Positions 1-8,957 of a stretch of 64,000 nt of DNA are shown in pieces. The notes under the pieces are model-generated. The model was not told the DNA's origin. It made no database searches and was given only the letters and a program-made list of their open reading frames with translations. Position numbers and translations under genes: made by a program. How positions within the stretch are numbered: the stretch's first letter is position 1; every line of letters begins with the position of its first letter. The stretch lies in the IMG/VR virus record IMGVR_UViG_2974767555_000001, positions 1 through 64,000 of that record; one strand, 5' to 3'. This DNA comes from a virus. Its lineage: Duplodnaviria; Caudoviricetes.

Positions 1-201
1 GGGGTCGTACCCCCCCGAGGGAAGGTGAACAAAACACCTGGTCAGGGGGTTGCGGCAGGGACGGTGCCGCAAGGGGTTTGGCCGGCCTGACGCGCGGTCG
101 GCGAATCCGCTGCTCAGCAACACTTTCGGGTCGGTCGGTCGGACCCGTGATGCACCAACGACTTCCGTTCACTTTTCCACCGATCACAAGGAGATCCGCT
201 G

Positions 202-861
202 ATGTCCGAATCGACTGATGCACCAACTGATGCCGTGGGCACCCTGATGGGTGAACCGGGGAAGCTGAAGGTCGCCGACCTGCACACGTTCCTGGGTAAC
301 CCCCGGCGCGGCAATATCGCCCGGATCGCGGAGTCTCTGGCGGTCAACGGGATGTACAAGCCGGTGGTGGTCAACAAGGGCACCCACACGGGTCGCCCGA
401 ACGAGGTGTTGGCCGGTAACCACACCCTGATGGCCGCAAGGGAATTGGGCTGGTCGGAGGTCAACGCCTGGGTCATCGACGTGGACGAGCACCAGGCCAA
501 GAAGATCGTCGCCGCCGACAACAGGACCGCTGACCTGGGCGAATACGACAACGACGCCATGATCGAGCTGCTGGGTTCGCTCGATGACCTGGAGGGCACC
601 GGGTATGACGCCGATGATCTGTCGGCGCTCCAGGACCTGGAGAACGACGGGTTGTGGGACAACGAAAACCCCTATGACGGGGGTGGTTCCGACCCTGGCG
701 ACCACTCTGACCAGGACAATCACAAGTTCTTCCCCAAGATCGACCTGCGCATCCCGCCGATGATGATGGACGCCTGGCGGGAGCTGCTCGACCGGTACAG
801 CGGCGAGGACGACGTGGACAAGCTGGAGGCCCACCTCAAGGCTCAGGGGGTGCTCCAGTGA
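202..861 (+). CDS. ParB/Srx-like N-terminal domain protein
   Basis: NPRRGN...GMYKPVVV...VLAGNHTLMAARELG...ADNR ParB-N motifs; AAGGAG RBS at 188-193. Confidence 0.85.
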   Translation: MSESTDAPTDAVGTLMGEPGKLKVADLHTFLGNPRRGNIARIAESLAVNGMYKPVVVNKGTHTGRPNEVLAGNHTLMAARELGWSEVNAWVIDVDEHQAKKIVAADNRTADLGEYDNDAMIELLGSLDDLEGTGYDADDLSALQDLENDGLWDNENPYDGGGSDPGDHSDQDNHKFFPKIDLRIPPMMMDAWRELLDRYSGEDDVDKLEAHLKAQGVLQ

Positions 862-995
862 CCTACACCCGCGCGGAACTGATGGCCCAGGCGCGCCGTC
901 ACGGTCACGGGTTCCGGTCGGGCGCTGTGGTGGCGGGATCGTTTGCTGCAGCGGTGATCCTGGTCGCGGCGGTCATCGTGGTGTCGGTGCTGTGA
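858..995 (+). CDS. Small single-pass membrane protein (45 aa)
   Basis: Read by hand: GTG 858 overlaps upstream TGA, TGA 993-995 overlaps next GTG; hydrophobic C-terminus AVVAGSFAAAVILVAAVIVVSVL. Confidence 0.6.
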   Translation: MTYTRAELMAQARRHGHGFRSGAVVAGSFAAAVILVAAVIVVSVL

Positions 996-2050
996 CCAGC
1001 TTCGATTCACCAGTGCCCGTCTATCCGGAGACCGGCAGGCGCGTGCTGCCAATGAATTTGCTGTGGTCGTACGTGTATGCGCGGAGTTTGGACCTGCGCA
1101 AGTTCCTCAACGGGCTTGCCGCAGACCCGATCCGGTTTTTCGCTGACTCCGGTGCTCACAGCGCGCGCACGCTGGGCGTCCACATCGACGTGCACGAATA
1201 CGCCGAATGGCTGTGCCAGCACAAGGACCTGTGCACGATCTACGCCAACCTCGACGTGATCGGCGCGCCCGACGCCACCCGGGCCAACCAGGACATCCTG
1301 GAATCGTATGGGCTGGACCCGATGCCGGTGTTCCACACGGGCGAGCCGTTCAGCGTCCTCGAGGACTACATCAAGGACGGGTACACCTACATCGCCCTCG
1401 GAAAGCTGCTCGGCAACAGCCAGAAGGACCTGACACCGTGGATCGCACGGTGTTTCGAGGTGGCCCAGGACCGTGCAGTGTTCCACGGCTTCGGTATGAC
1501 CGTGTGGGCGCAGATCAAGCGGTGGCCCTGGTACTCGGTCGATTCCAGCTCGTGGGTGGCCGGGGTGCGCTACGGCAGCGTCCGGTTGTTCGACAACGGG
1601 AAGTGGAAGGTCATCCAGCTCCGCGACCGGCAGGGGGTGCGGGACAACCTGGGCCTGCTCCGGTCGTACGGGCTGACCCCGCGCATGTTGACCAAGGAGG
1701 GGTACGACCGGCTGGCTGTGGCAGGGGCGTGCGCGGTCGCCCAGTACCGGGCCAGCGATTGGGTGTCGCAGAGGACCGGCACGGTCGTTCTGCCCCCCGG
1801 CAAGGGGTATCCGGCACCCGATTCCCACGCTGCAGACAAGATCATCAGGATTCAGGACGGTCAGCCGACCCTGACGACCGATCCCCACCGGTCGCACAGC
1901 GAGGGGCTGCATCAGTACCTGGCCAACACGGCATCGACCAACCACGGTTGGCACGCCGCTGGTCTGCAGCTGTACATCGCCGACAGCTCCACCACGTGGA
2001 CGCCCGCTGCGGCAGTCGGTATCGCCAAGGAGAACGGTCAGGATGTCTGA
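992..2050 (+). CDS. TGT-fold DNA guanine transglycosylase-like protein (DpdA-like)
   Basis: DSGAHS, NLDVIG, PVFH, HGFG, SVDSSSW motifs of TGT-like barrels; adjacent to queD/queE/folE. Confidence 0.78.
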   Translation: MTSFDSPVPVYPETGRRVLPMNLLWSYVYARSLDLRKFLNGLAADPIRFFADSGAHSARTLGVHIDVHEYAEWLCQHKDLCTIYANLDVIGAPDATRANQDILESYGLDPMPVFHTGEPFSVLEDYIKDGYTYIALGKLLGNSQKDLTPWIARCFEVAQDRAVFHGFGMTVWAQIKRWPWYSVDSSSWVAGVRYGSVRLFDNGKWKVIQLRDRQGVRDNLGLLRSYGLTPRMLTKEGYDRLAVAGACAVAQYRASDWVSQRTGTVVLPPGKGYPAPDSHAADKIIRIQDGQPTLTTDPHRSHSEGLHQYLANTASTNHGWHAAGLQLYIADSSTTWTPAAAVGIAKENGQDV

Positions 2051-2468
2051 GCACCGCATGACAATCACGATTGGCCCGCTGACCTGCGTGTTCGGCAACC
2101 ACAACAAGGCGATGGGTCTGAAGCTGCATTTCCACACTGCGGCGGTGTTTTTGGAGTATTCGGTCCCCGTTTCGGGGGTGCAGACCGCGAAACACTGGGG
2201 TGGCCACGGGTTTCCCAGCTTTGAGGCCACCAACGACGCCCTGCGTGACCGGGTGCGTGAGCTGACCGCCGCCCCGTTCGAGGACGCGACCAACGAGGAC
2301 GTGGCGTGGCGACTGTTCCAGGCCCTGAAGGGATTCCGTCACGGGTCGTGGGACCGCTACGGCGGCGACTACCGGCTGATCGGTCTGGACCTCGACGTGG
2401 TGGGGGTGCCCGACAGCATCGGCCACGACGACGGCACAACGCGATACACGATCAAGGAGACCAGCTGA
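2043..2468 (+). CDS. QueD-like T-fold paralogue lacking the catalytic Cys (possible DpdL-like CDG-modifying enzyme)
   Basis: FGNH...LHFHT aligns with QueD FSAGH...CTNVHGHT; TNEDVA aligns with QueD PTTEAIA. Confidence 0.6.
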   Translation: MSEHRMTITIGPLTCVFGNHNKAMGLKLHFHTAAVFLEYSVPVSGVQTAKHWGGHGFPSFEATNDALRDRVRELTAAPFEDATNEDVAWRLFQALKGFRHGSWDRYGGDYRLIGLDLDVVGVPDSIGHDDGTTRYTIKETS

Positions 2469-2938
2469 TGTACGGAAACCTGACCGCCACGGTGCGGCAC
2501 CACTTCTCTGCCGGTCATCGCATCCCCGGATTGCCTGGTGCAGGGGAGAAATGCACCAATGTCCACGGTCACACGTTCGGTGTGTCGTGGACGGTGGGGG
2601 TGCCATCGCTGGACGCCACGGTGGTGGAGTTTGGTGAGCTGAAGCGCGCCTTCCGGGGCTGGATCGATCAGCGCCTGGACCACGGGTTCATCGTCGGCAA
2701 GGACGACCTGGAGATGCTGGGTGTGCTGAAGCTGATGGGCAGCAAGCACTTCGTGACCGATAACCCGCCGACGACCGAGGCCATCGCCTCTGTGATCGCC
2801 CAGGCCAGCCAGGACCTGCTGTCTGGTGTCGTCCTGCTGTCGGTGGAGGTGACCGAGGGGCCGCACAACGCTGCCACGTGGCACAACCCGGCCAAGGTGT
2901 GGTCAGCCCAGGAGCTGGAAGGGATGGCGGGCTTCTGA
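2468..2938 (+). CDS. queD: 6-carboxy-5,6,7,8-tetrahydropterin synthase
   Basis: FSAGH, CTNVHGHT, LDHGF, PTTE motifs; ATG 2468 in TGATG overlap. Confidence 0.92.
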   Translation: MYGNLTATVRHHFSAGHRIPGLPGAGEKCTNVHGHTFGVSWTVGVPSLDATVVEFGELKRAFRGWIDQRLDHGFIVGKDDLEMLGVLKLMGSKHFVTDNPPTTEAIASVIAQASQDLLSGVVLLSVEVTEGPHNAATWHNPAKVWSAQELEGMAGF

Positions 2939-3657
2939 TGACCGACGACGCAATGGTGTTGCCGGTCAGCGAGGTGTTCGGCCCGACGATCCAGGGAGAG
3001 GGGCCGCACCAGGGGCGCGCGGTCCAGTTCGTCCGGTTGGGTGGCTGCAATCTGTCGTGCGACTGGTGCGACACCCCGTACACCTGGGACGGCAGCCGGT
3101 TCAACCTGCGGGAAGAGAACCCGCTGACGACGGTGGCCGACGTTCTGGCACGGGTGATTCCGTGGCTGACGGTGGTCATCTCTGGCGGGGAACCGCTGAT
3201 CCACCAGGCGAAACCGGCGTGGCAGGAGCTGCTGCACGGTCTGCACCAACAGAATTGCCGCATCCACGTCGAAACCAACGGGACGATCAACCCCAACGAC
3301 GTGACCCGGCGCTACGTCGAGCACTACTCGGTGTCGCCCAAGCTGCCGCACGCCGGGTCGCACAAGCGATCCCAGAACCCCGCGCTGGCCATCGGGTGGC
3401 GGCGCGGTAAGTGGCCGGTCGGCGTCGGGCGCGCGCTGAAGGTCGTGGTGCGCGACGGGGCCGATGTGTCGGCGGCGTTCGACCTGGCCGACGCCAACGC
3501 ATGGCCGCTTGACGAGGTGTGGGTGATGCCCGAGGGCACCACCACCGAGCAGCTGCAGGCCCGGTGGCCCGAGGTCGCCGAGACGGCTGCCCACTACGGC
3601 ATCAACGCATCTCATCGACTCCACGTCCTGGCGTGGGGGGATCGGAAGGGCACATGA
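2938..3657 (+). CDS. queE: 7-carboxy-7-deazaguanine synthase (radical SAM)
   Basis: EVFGPTIQGEG, GCNLSCDWCDT (CxxxCxxC), SGGEP, ETNGT, SPKL, RLHV motifs; TGATG start. Confidence 0.94.
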   Translation: MTDDAMVLPVSEVFGPTIQGEGPHQGRAVQFVRLGGCNLSCDWCDTPYTWDGSRFNLREENPLTTVADVLARVIPWLTVVISGGEPLIHQAKPAWQELLHGLHQQNCRIHVETNGTINPNDVTRRYVEHYSVSPKLPHAGSHKRSQNPALAIGWRRGKWPVGVGRALKVVVRDGADVSAAFDLADANAWPLDEVWVMPEGTTTEQLQARWPEVAETAAHYGINASHRLHVLAWGDRKGT

Positions 3658-4286
3658 CCGCGACCAACGGCCACGTCAAGACCTGGGGTGGGGACGAGCT
3701 GCCCCCGGTGCCCGTGGTGACCCCCGAGGCGCGCGCTGCCGACGCTGTGCAGCAACTGTTGGACGCGCTGGGGGTAGACGAGGGGGACCACACCGCACGG
3801 ACCCCGCAGCGGGTCGCCAAGGCGTGGAGGGAGATGCTGGCCGGGTACCGCGAGGACCCCGCCGATCACCTGGAGACGACGTTCTCGGCCCCCGGCAACC
3901 CGGGCCTGGTCATCGTGGACCGGATCGAGCTGCAGTCAACGTGTGCCCACCACATGCTCCCGTTCACCGGTCGTGCCACCGTGGCGTACCGGCCTGCCAA
4001 CGGTCAGTCCATCGTCGGGTTGTCCAAGATGGCGCGACTGGTGAACGGGTTCAGCCGACGCCTGCAGGTACAGGAGCGCATCGGTGCCCAGGTCGTGGAC
4101 GCGATCATGGAGCGGCTAAAGCCCGAGGGGGCAATGTGTCTGATCACCGCCAGCCACGACTGCATGAGGCTGCGCGGGGTGCGGGAGCCGGAAGCGGAGA
4201 CCACCACCGAGGCCCGCCGTGGTCTGCTGCTTGACCACGAGATCAGCCTGATTCACCTGCGGCACCTGGGGTCTGCCGCGCGATGA
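3654..4286 (+). CDS. folE: GTP cyclohydrolase I
   Basis: TPQRVAK, STCAHHMLPF, GLSKMAR, RLQVQER, HDCMRLRGV motifs; ATGA overlap at 3654. Confidence 0.95.
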   Translation: MTATNGHVKTWGGDELPPVPVVTPEARAADAVQQLLDALGVDEGDHTARTPQRVAKAWREMLAGYREDPADHLETTFSAPGNPGLVIVDRIELQSTCAHHMLPFTGRATVAYRPANGQSIVGLSKMARLVNGFSRRLQVQERIGAQVVDAIMERLKPEGAMCLITASHDCMRLRGVREPEAETTTEARRGLLLDHEISLIHLRHLGSAAR

Positions 4287-4711
4287 ACCGTGTGGAGCGC
4301 GCGCGGCGCGATGCAAAGGTGTTGCGGCTCCACATCGCTGGTGCCACGTACCGGCAGATCGCTGAGGCGTGCGACATCAGCGTCGGCATGGCCGACAAGA
4401 TCGTGAAGCGGGAGCTGGCCAAAGCCGCGGCGAGGCGAGACCTGTTGGGCGACCAGGCTTTAGCCATGTTCCTGGAGCGGTCGGAGTCACTGTTCAAGGC
4501 CAACTACCCCAAGGCCATGAAGGGTGACTACAAGGCAGCGGTGATCTGTGACCGCATCATGGCAAGGCAGGCCCGTCTGTTCGGTGTAGTCGATGGCCAC
4601 GGTATCGGCGGTGCTGGGAACGAGGACCCGGAACCGCCCGATACCGAGGATGACCCCGAGGATGACGGTGACGATGAGCTTGCCAAGTGGCGTAGTCGCC
4701 GACGAGCTTAA
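4283..4711 (+). CDS. Terminase small subunit (N-terminal HTH)
   Basis: GATYRQIAEACDIS HTH, acidic tail ending DDELAKWRSRR, directly upstream of terL. Confidence 0.7.
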   Translation: MNRVERARRDAKVLRLHIAGATYRQIAEACDISVGMADKIVKRELAKAAARRDLLGDQALAMFLERSESLFKANYPKAMKGDYKAAVICDRIMARQARLFGVVDGHGIGGAGNEDPEPPDTEDDPEDDGDDELAKWRSRRRA

Positions 4712-6299
4712 GGGCCACACCAAACCACGTCAGTACACCCCACCTCTGGCGGTCAACTGCAACATCCTGATCAACCCGGATGTTGGGTGCCCGTGTGGAT
4801 GTGGGCTACACCCCGAAACCTCTTGGGGCTTCGACTGTATCGACTTCTTGACCGAGGTCATGAAGTGGGAGTTGCTGCCCTACCAGAAGTGGCTGTACAT
4901 CCACGCGCTGGAGAAAGGCCCAGGGGGCGAGGGCTTTCGGTTCAAAACGCTGGTCATCCTGATCGCGCGCCAGAACGGAAAGACCCAGTGGCTGCGGGGT
5001 CTGGGGCTGTGGCGGTTGTACCTCGACAACCGTGGCCGCATCACCCCGGACTGCCCCGCTGCCAAGACGGTTGTCATTGCCGCCCAGGGCCTGGAGTACG
5101 CCGAGTCCACGTTGGGTGAGGTGGTCAACGAGGTCAAGGAATGCCCGCCGCTGAAGCGGGAGTTCCTGCGTCACCGGCAGACCAACGGCAAGCACGCCAT
5201 GCTGTTGACGGGGCGGCGCGCGTGGCGCGCGGTCGCCGCCAACCGTAAGGGTGGCCGGTCGATGTCGGTCGATCTGGTGGAGCTTGACGAGCTACGTGAG
5301 CACACCGACTGGCTGGCCTGGAACGCCATCACGCCGACGACCCAGGCCCGCAAGTACAGCCAGATCGTGTGCGCGTCCAACGCTGGCGACATCCGGTCGG
5401 TGGTGCTGCGGTCACTGCGCGACGGCGCGCTGGCCAAGATTCAGGCCCGCGACACCGCCGACACCAAGACCGGGTTGTTCGAATGGTCGGCCCCGCAAGA
5501 GGTTGACCCGCTGGACCGCAGGTACTGGCCGATGGCCAACCCGGCGCTGGGGTACCTGCCCGGTAACGACGCAGACGCCTTGGCTGCCAAGGCTGAAGCG
5601 ATGGCCGACAACATGGCCGGTTTCGTGACCGAGTACCTGTGCCAGTGGGTGGACACCCTGCTCCCCGGCATCATGCCGATGGAGGACTGGATTGCCACGA
5701 CCGACCCCGAGTCCCGCCGCGCGGAGGGGGCACCCGTGTATGCCGCCGTCGATGTGAACCACCAGAGGACCAAGGCGTACATCGCCATCGCATCGCGGCG
5801 CGCTGACGGTCTGCTGCACGTCGAAGTCGTTGCGGCAGCGCGTGGTCTGGACTGGGTGGTCAAGTGGTTCCAGGAGCGTCAGGGCAAGTTCGTCGCCGTG
5901 GCGGTCCAGGCGCGGGGTTGCCCCGCAAGCGATCTGATCGAGCCGCTGACCAAGGCCGGGGTGCCGGTCATGGAGTTGGGTGGGTCGGAGCTGACGCGCG
6001 GTGCTGGTGGCGTCCTGTTTGACGGGATCCGCAAGCACGCGATTTGGCATCGCCCGCAAGGGGTTCTGGACACTGCCGCCAAGGGCACGGTGTCGCGGAC
6101 CTTGGGTGGTGACACGTGGGTGCTCGACCGTAAGAACTCCCCGGTAGACGCCGCGCCCCTGGTGGCGTGCGCTGCTGCCGCCTGGGCCGAATCGCAAGGC
6201 CCGATGGTCCCGGACAAGGTGCCCGAGGTCCACGAATGGCCCGACGAGGAGGAAATCGCCCAATGGGAAAAGCAACTGGACGACCTGGAGGACCTGTGA
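4674..6299 (+). CDS. Terminase large subunit
   Basis: Walker A IARQNGKT, Walker B VELDELRE, SNAG, nuclease AAVDV...DAAPL; start placed at ATG 4674. Confidence 0.93.
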   Translation: MSLPSGVVADELKGHTKPRQYTPPLAVNCNILINPDVGCPCGCGLHPETSWGFDCIDFLTEVMKWELLPYQKWLYIHALEKGPGGEGFRFKTLVILIARQNGKTQWLRGLGLWRLYLDNRGRITPDCPAAKTVVIAAQGLEYAESTLGEVVNEVKECPPLKREFLRHRQTNGKHAMLLTGRRAWRAVAANRKGGRSMSVDLVELDELREHTDWLAWNAITPTTQARKYSQIVCASNAGDIRSVVLRSLRDGALAKIQARDTADTKTGLFEWSAPQEVDPLDRRYWPMANPALGYLPGNDADALAAKAEAMADNMAGFVTEYLCQWVDTLLPGIMPMEDWIATTDPESRRAEGAPVYAAVDVNHQRTKAYIAIASRRADGLLHVEVVAAARGLDWVVKWFQERQGKFVAVAVQARGCPASDLIEPLTKAGVPVMELGGSELTRGAGGVLFDGIRKHAIWHRPQGVLDTAAKGTVSRTLGGDTWVLDRKNSPVDAAPLVACAAAAWAESQGPMVPDKVPEVHEWPDEEEIAQWEKQLDDLEDL

Positions 6300-6487
6300 A
6301 CCATCGCGGAATCGCCAGTGCGGCCATCCAACTGGCCGGGGTGGTGGCGATCATGGCCGGATGCTGGGTGCTGGCCCCCTGGCTGGGGCTGGTCGTCGGT
6401 GGTCTGCTGCTGGTGGTGGTCGGTCTGGCCATCGACCCCCCGGCGCGCAAGGCCAAGCAGCCCGCACCGATGGGTGACGTGCTGTGA
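6296..6487 (+). CDS. Small membrane protein upstream of portal
   Basis: GTGA overlap with terL stop; two hydrophobic segments. Confidence 0.7.
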   Translation: MNHRGIASAAIQLAGVVAIMAGCWVLAPWLGLVVGGLLLVVVGLAIDPPARKAKQPAPMGDVL

Positions 6488-7815
6488 GCTTGTTGGGCAA
6501 CCTGTTTGGCGGCGCGGCGGGGCCGGTCGAGCAGCGCGGGTTGTCGTTCGCCAACACCAGGATTCCGACCCCCGACGAGGACGCCCGCCTCAACGGGTTG
6601 GAAGGGCCGAGCAACGCCATGCAACTGGCGGCGTTCTATGCCTGCGTGACCCTGCTGGCCGACATCATCGCCGAGCTGCCGCTGCGGGCATACGTCAAGG
6701 GCACCAACGGGGGCCGCAAGCCGGTCGAGTCGCAGCTGTTGGACGAGGACAGCCCCTACCCGGAGACCACGTGGTTTGAGTGGCTGTGGATGTTGATGGA
6801 GTCGGCCTGCATCACCGGCAACGCCTTCTTCTACGTCACCCAGCGCGACGGGACGCCCAGCGTCAAGCATGAGGAGGGGCTGCCGACCGCGCTGATGCCG
6901 GTCCACCCCTCGGTGCTGTCGGTGGAGATGCCCAAGGACAAGGCGGGCGTGCGCTGGCCTGAACCGGTTTGGCGTGTCGATGGGACCCGGGTCAACTACG
7001 ACGACCTGGTGCACGTCAAGCGGTACCCGATTGCTGGTGCGGCACTGTCGATGTCGCCGGTCCAGAAGGCGTCGCGGTCGCTGGGTCTGGGTATCGCGGC
7101 AGAGCGCTACGGCTTCAACTACTTCCGCGACAGCGCCAACCCGTCGTCGGTGCTGGAGACTGACCAGACCCTGGACGACAACGCCGTGAAGGGTGTGATG
7201 GCCAGGTGGATTGCCACCCACGGTGGTCGCCGCCGACCGGCTGTGTTGTCGGGTGGGTTCAAGTGGCGACCAATCGCCATCGCCCCCAACGAGGCCCAGT
7301 TCCTGGAGACCCGCCAGTTCCAGCGGTCGGAGATCGCCATGTGGTTCCGGGTCCCGCCCCACATGATCGGCGACACCACGAAGACGACCAGCTGGGGCAC
7401 TGGTATCGAGCAGCAGTCCATCGGCTTCGTCAAGTTCACGCTGGGGCCGTGGTTGAAGTGCATCGAGGACGTGATGACCGCGTGCCTGCCCAAGGGCCAG
7501 TTCGCCAAGTTCAACGTTGACGCGCTGCTGCGCGGTGACGCCAAGAGCCGGTGGGAGGCATACCGCATCGGTCGAGATGCAGGTGTGTACAGCGTCAACG
7601 AGATTCGCGAGAAGGAAGACATGGAAGGTGTCGGTCCTGAGGGCGACATCCGTTTGCAGCCAATGAATTTCGTTCCGCTGGGTACTGACCCAGCGGACTT
7701 GAAGGATGCACCAACTGATTCCGACGACACCCCCAGCAGCGAACCGGACGAACCGGAACCCGAAGACCCCGAAACGCCCTCGGACGACGAGGACGAGGAC
7801 GAGCAGGAGGACTGA
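6484..7815 (+). CDS. HK97-family portal protein
   Basis: AAFYACVTLLADIIAELP, GNAF, EAQFLETRQF, IAMWFRVPP, NEIREKE motifs. Confidence 0.93.
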   Translation: MSLLGNLFGGAAGPVEQRGLSFANTRIPTPDEDARLNGLEGPSNAMQLAAFYACVTLLADIIAELPLRAYVKGTNGGRKPVESQLLDEDSPYPETTWFEWLWMLMESACITGNAFFYVTQRDGTPSVKHEEGLPTALMPVHPSVLSVEMPKDKAGVRWPEPVWRVDGTRVNYDDLVHVKRYPIAGAALSMSPVQKASRSLGLGIAAERYGFNYFRDSANPSSVLETDQTLDDNAVKGVMARWIATHGGRRRPAVLSGGFKWRPIAIAPNEAQFLETRQFQRSEIAMWFRVPPHMIGDTTKTTSWGTGIEQQSIGFVKFTLGPWLKCIEDVMTACLPKGQFAKFNVDALLRGDAKSRWEAYRIGRDAGVYSVNEIREKEDMEGVGPEGDIRLQPMNFVPLGTDPADLKDAPTDSDDTPSSEPDEPEPEDPETPSDDEDEDEQED

Positions 7816-8768
7816 TGAAGACCAAGCGCAATCGCCCCACGGTGATCACCGACGCCCCAGAGCATCGCGCCATCCCGATCAACCGGCTGGAGCTGCGCGC
7901 TGCTGACGACAGCGCCGACGAGATCGAGCTGACCGGCTACGCAAGCACGTTCGAGCCGTACGAGATGTACGGGGGACCGGCTGCCGGTGGGTGGATCGAG
8001 CAGATTGACAAGCGCGCGTTCACCAAGACGCTGCGCGAAAAGCCCGACCTGATGCTGCTGATCAACCACGAGGGAATGCCCCTGGCGCGCACCAAGTCCG
8101 GGACCCTCACGCTGTCGGTCGATGACCACGGACTGAAGGTCCGCGCGATGCTCGACCGGTCGGACCCCGACGTGCAGCGTCTGGAGGCCAAGATGCGGCG
8201 CGGTGACATGGACGAGATGTCGTTCGCGTTCCGGGTCCGTGGCCAAAAGTGGGAGGCCACAGAGGACTTCCCCGACGACCTGTACGCGCTGCGCACCATC
8301 ACCGAGGTCAACCTGCACAAGGGCGACGTGTCGGTGGTCAACTACGGTGCGAACCCGACCACCCACGCCGAGGTCAAGGGTCTGGACGCGGCGATCAGGA
8401 TTCTGGCCGACGCCGACCAGTCGCAACTGGTCGAGGCCCGTTGCGATTCCGATGCTGTAGCGCGCGCCCAGGCCAACCTGGGGGCGATGATCGGCAAGCC
8501 CAGCGCCGACGACCAGCCCGACGACGAGGCCCGGTCGGAGGAGAAGGACGTGCCCGCCGACGACGCCGCCCCGGTCAAGAAGGGGATGAGCGTCCAAGAG
8601 GCCTACCGCCGCATGGGATTCGGCCCCGACGACGGCACCACCCTCAAGACCGCTGAGGTCGAGGAGCGCGAGAAGTCGGAGTCCGACACCATCGAGGCGC
8701 TGCGCGCCACGGCTGCCGGTCACGCTGCGTTGCTGCGCAAGCTGACCGGCGACGACACCGCCGAATAG
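7815..8768 (+). CDS. HK97-family prohead protease
   Basis: LTGYASTF, LLINHEG, MSFAF, DVSVVNYGANPTT motifs. Confidence 0.9.
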   Translation: MKTKRNRPTVITDAPEHRAIPINRLELRAADDSADEIELTGYASTFEPYEMYGGPAAGGWIEQIDKRAFTKTLREKPDLMLLINHEGMPLARTKSGTLTLSVDDHGLKVRAMLDRSDPDVQRLEAKMRRGDMDEMSFAFRVRGQKWEATEDFPDDLYALRTITEVNLHKGDVSVVNYGANPTTHAEVKGLDAAIRILADADQSQLVEARCDSDAVARAQANLGAMIGKPSADDQPDDEARSEEKDVPADDAAPVKKGMSVQEAYRRMGFGPDDGTTLKTAEVEEREKSESDTIEALRATAAGHAALLRKLTGDDTAE

Positions 8769-8790
8769 CCACTACCCCAACAACTTCCCC

Positions 8791-8828
8791 ACACAAGGCC
8801 CCAGATCACCTGGGGCCTTTGTCGTGTG
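8791..8828 (+). terminator. Intrinsic terminator-like hairpin between protease and capsid genes
   Basis: AAGGCCCCAG-ATCAC-CTGGGGCCTT followed by TGTCGTGTG. Confidence 0.65.
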
Positions 8829-8839
8829 CGGAGAAAACG

Positions 8840-8906
8840 TCACCGCCAGCCCTGGCACTGGGCGGGTGATCGGTCATGGACGGCCCTGGCACTGGGCGCG
8901 TGACCA
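8840..8906 (+). repeat. Tandem 16-bp direct repeat GCCCTGGCACTGGGCG forming twin hairpins in the capsid leader
   Basis: Exact copies at 8849-8864 and 8883-8898, each with GCCC/GGGC stem and TGGCACT loop. Confidence 0.85.
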
Positions 8907-8957
8907 CCTTCCATCAACAACCGCCCAACCAGGGCAAATCACAGAAGGGACTCCATC

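Noticed and set aside
1-200. Hairpins at the window start (TTGCGGCA/TGCCGCAA at 50-72; GGGTC/GACCC) as a packaging site or genome end
   Set aside because: Plausible, but cannot be distinguished from ordinary regulatory hairpins without read-end data
4593-4673. Track start of terminase large subunit at 4593
   Set aside because: It would overlap terS by about 120 bp and adds low-complexity sequence; ATG 4674 is more plausible
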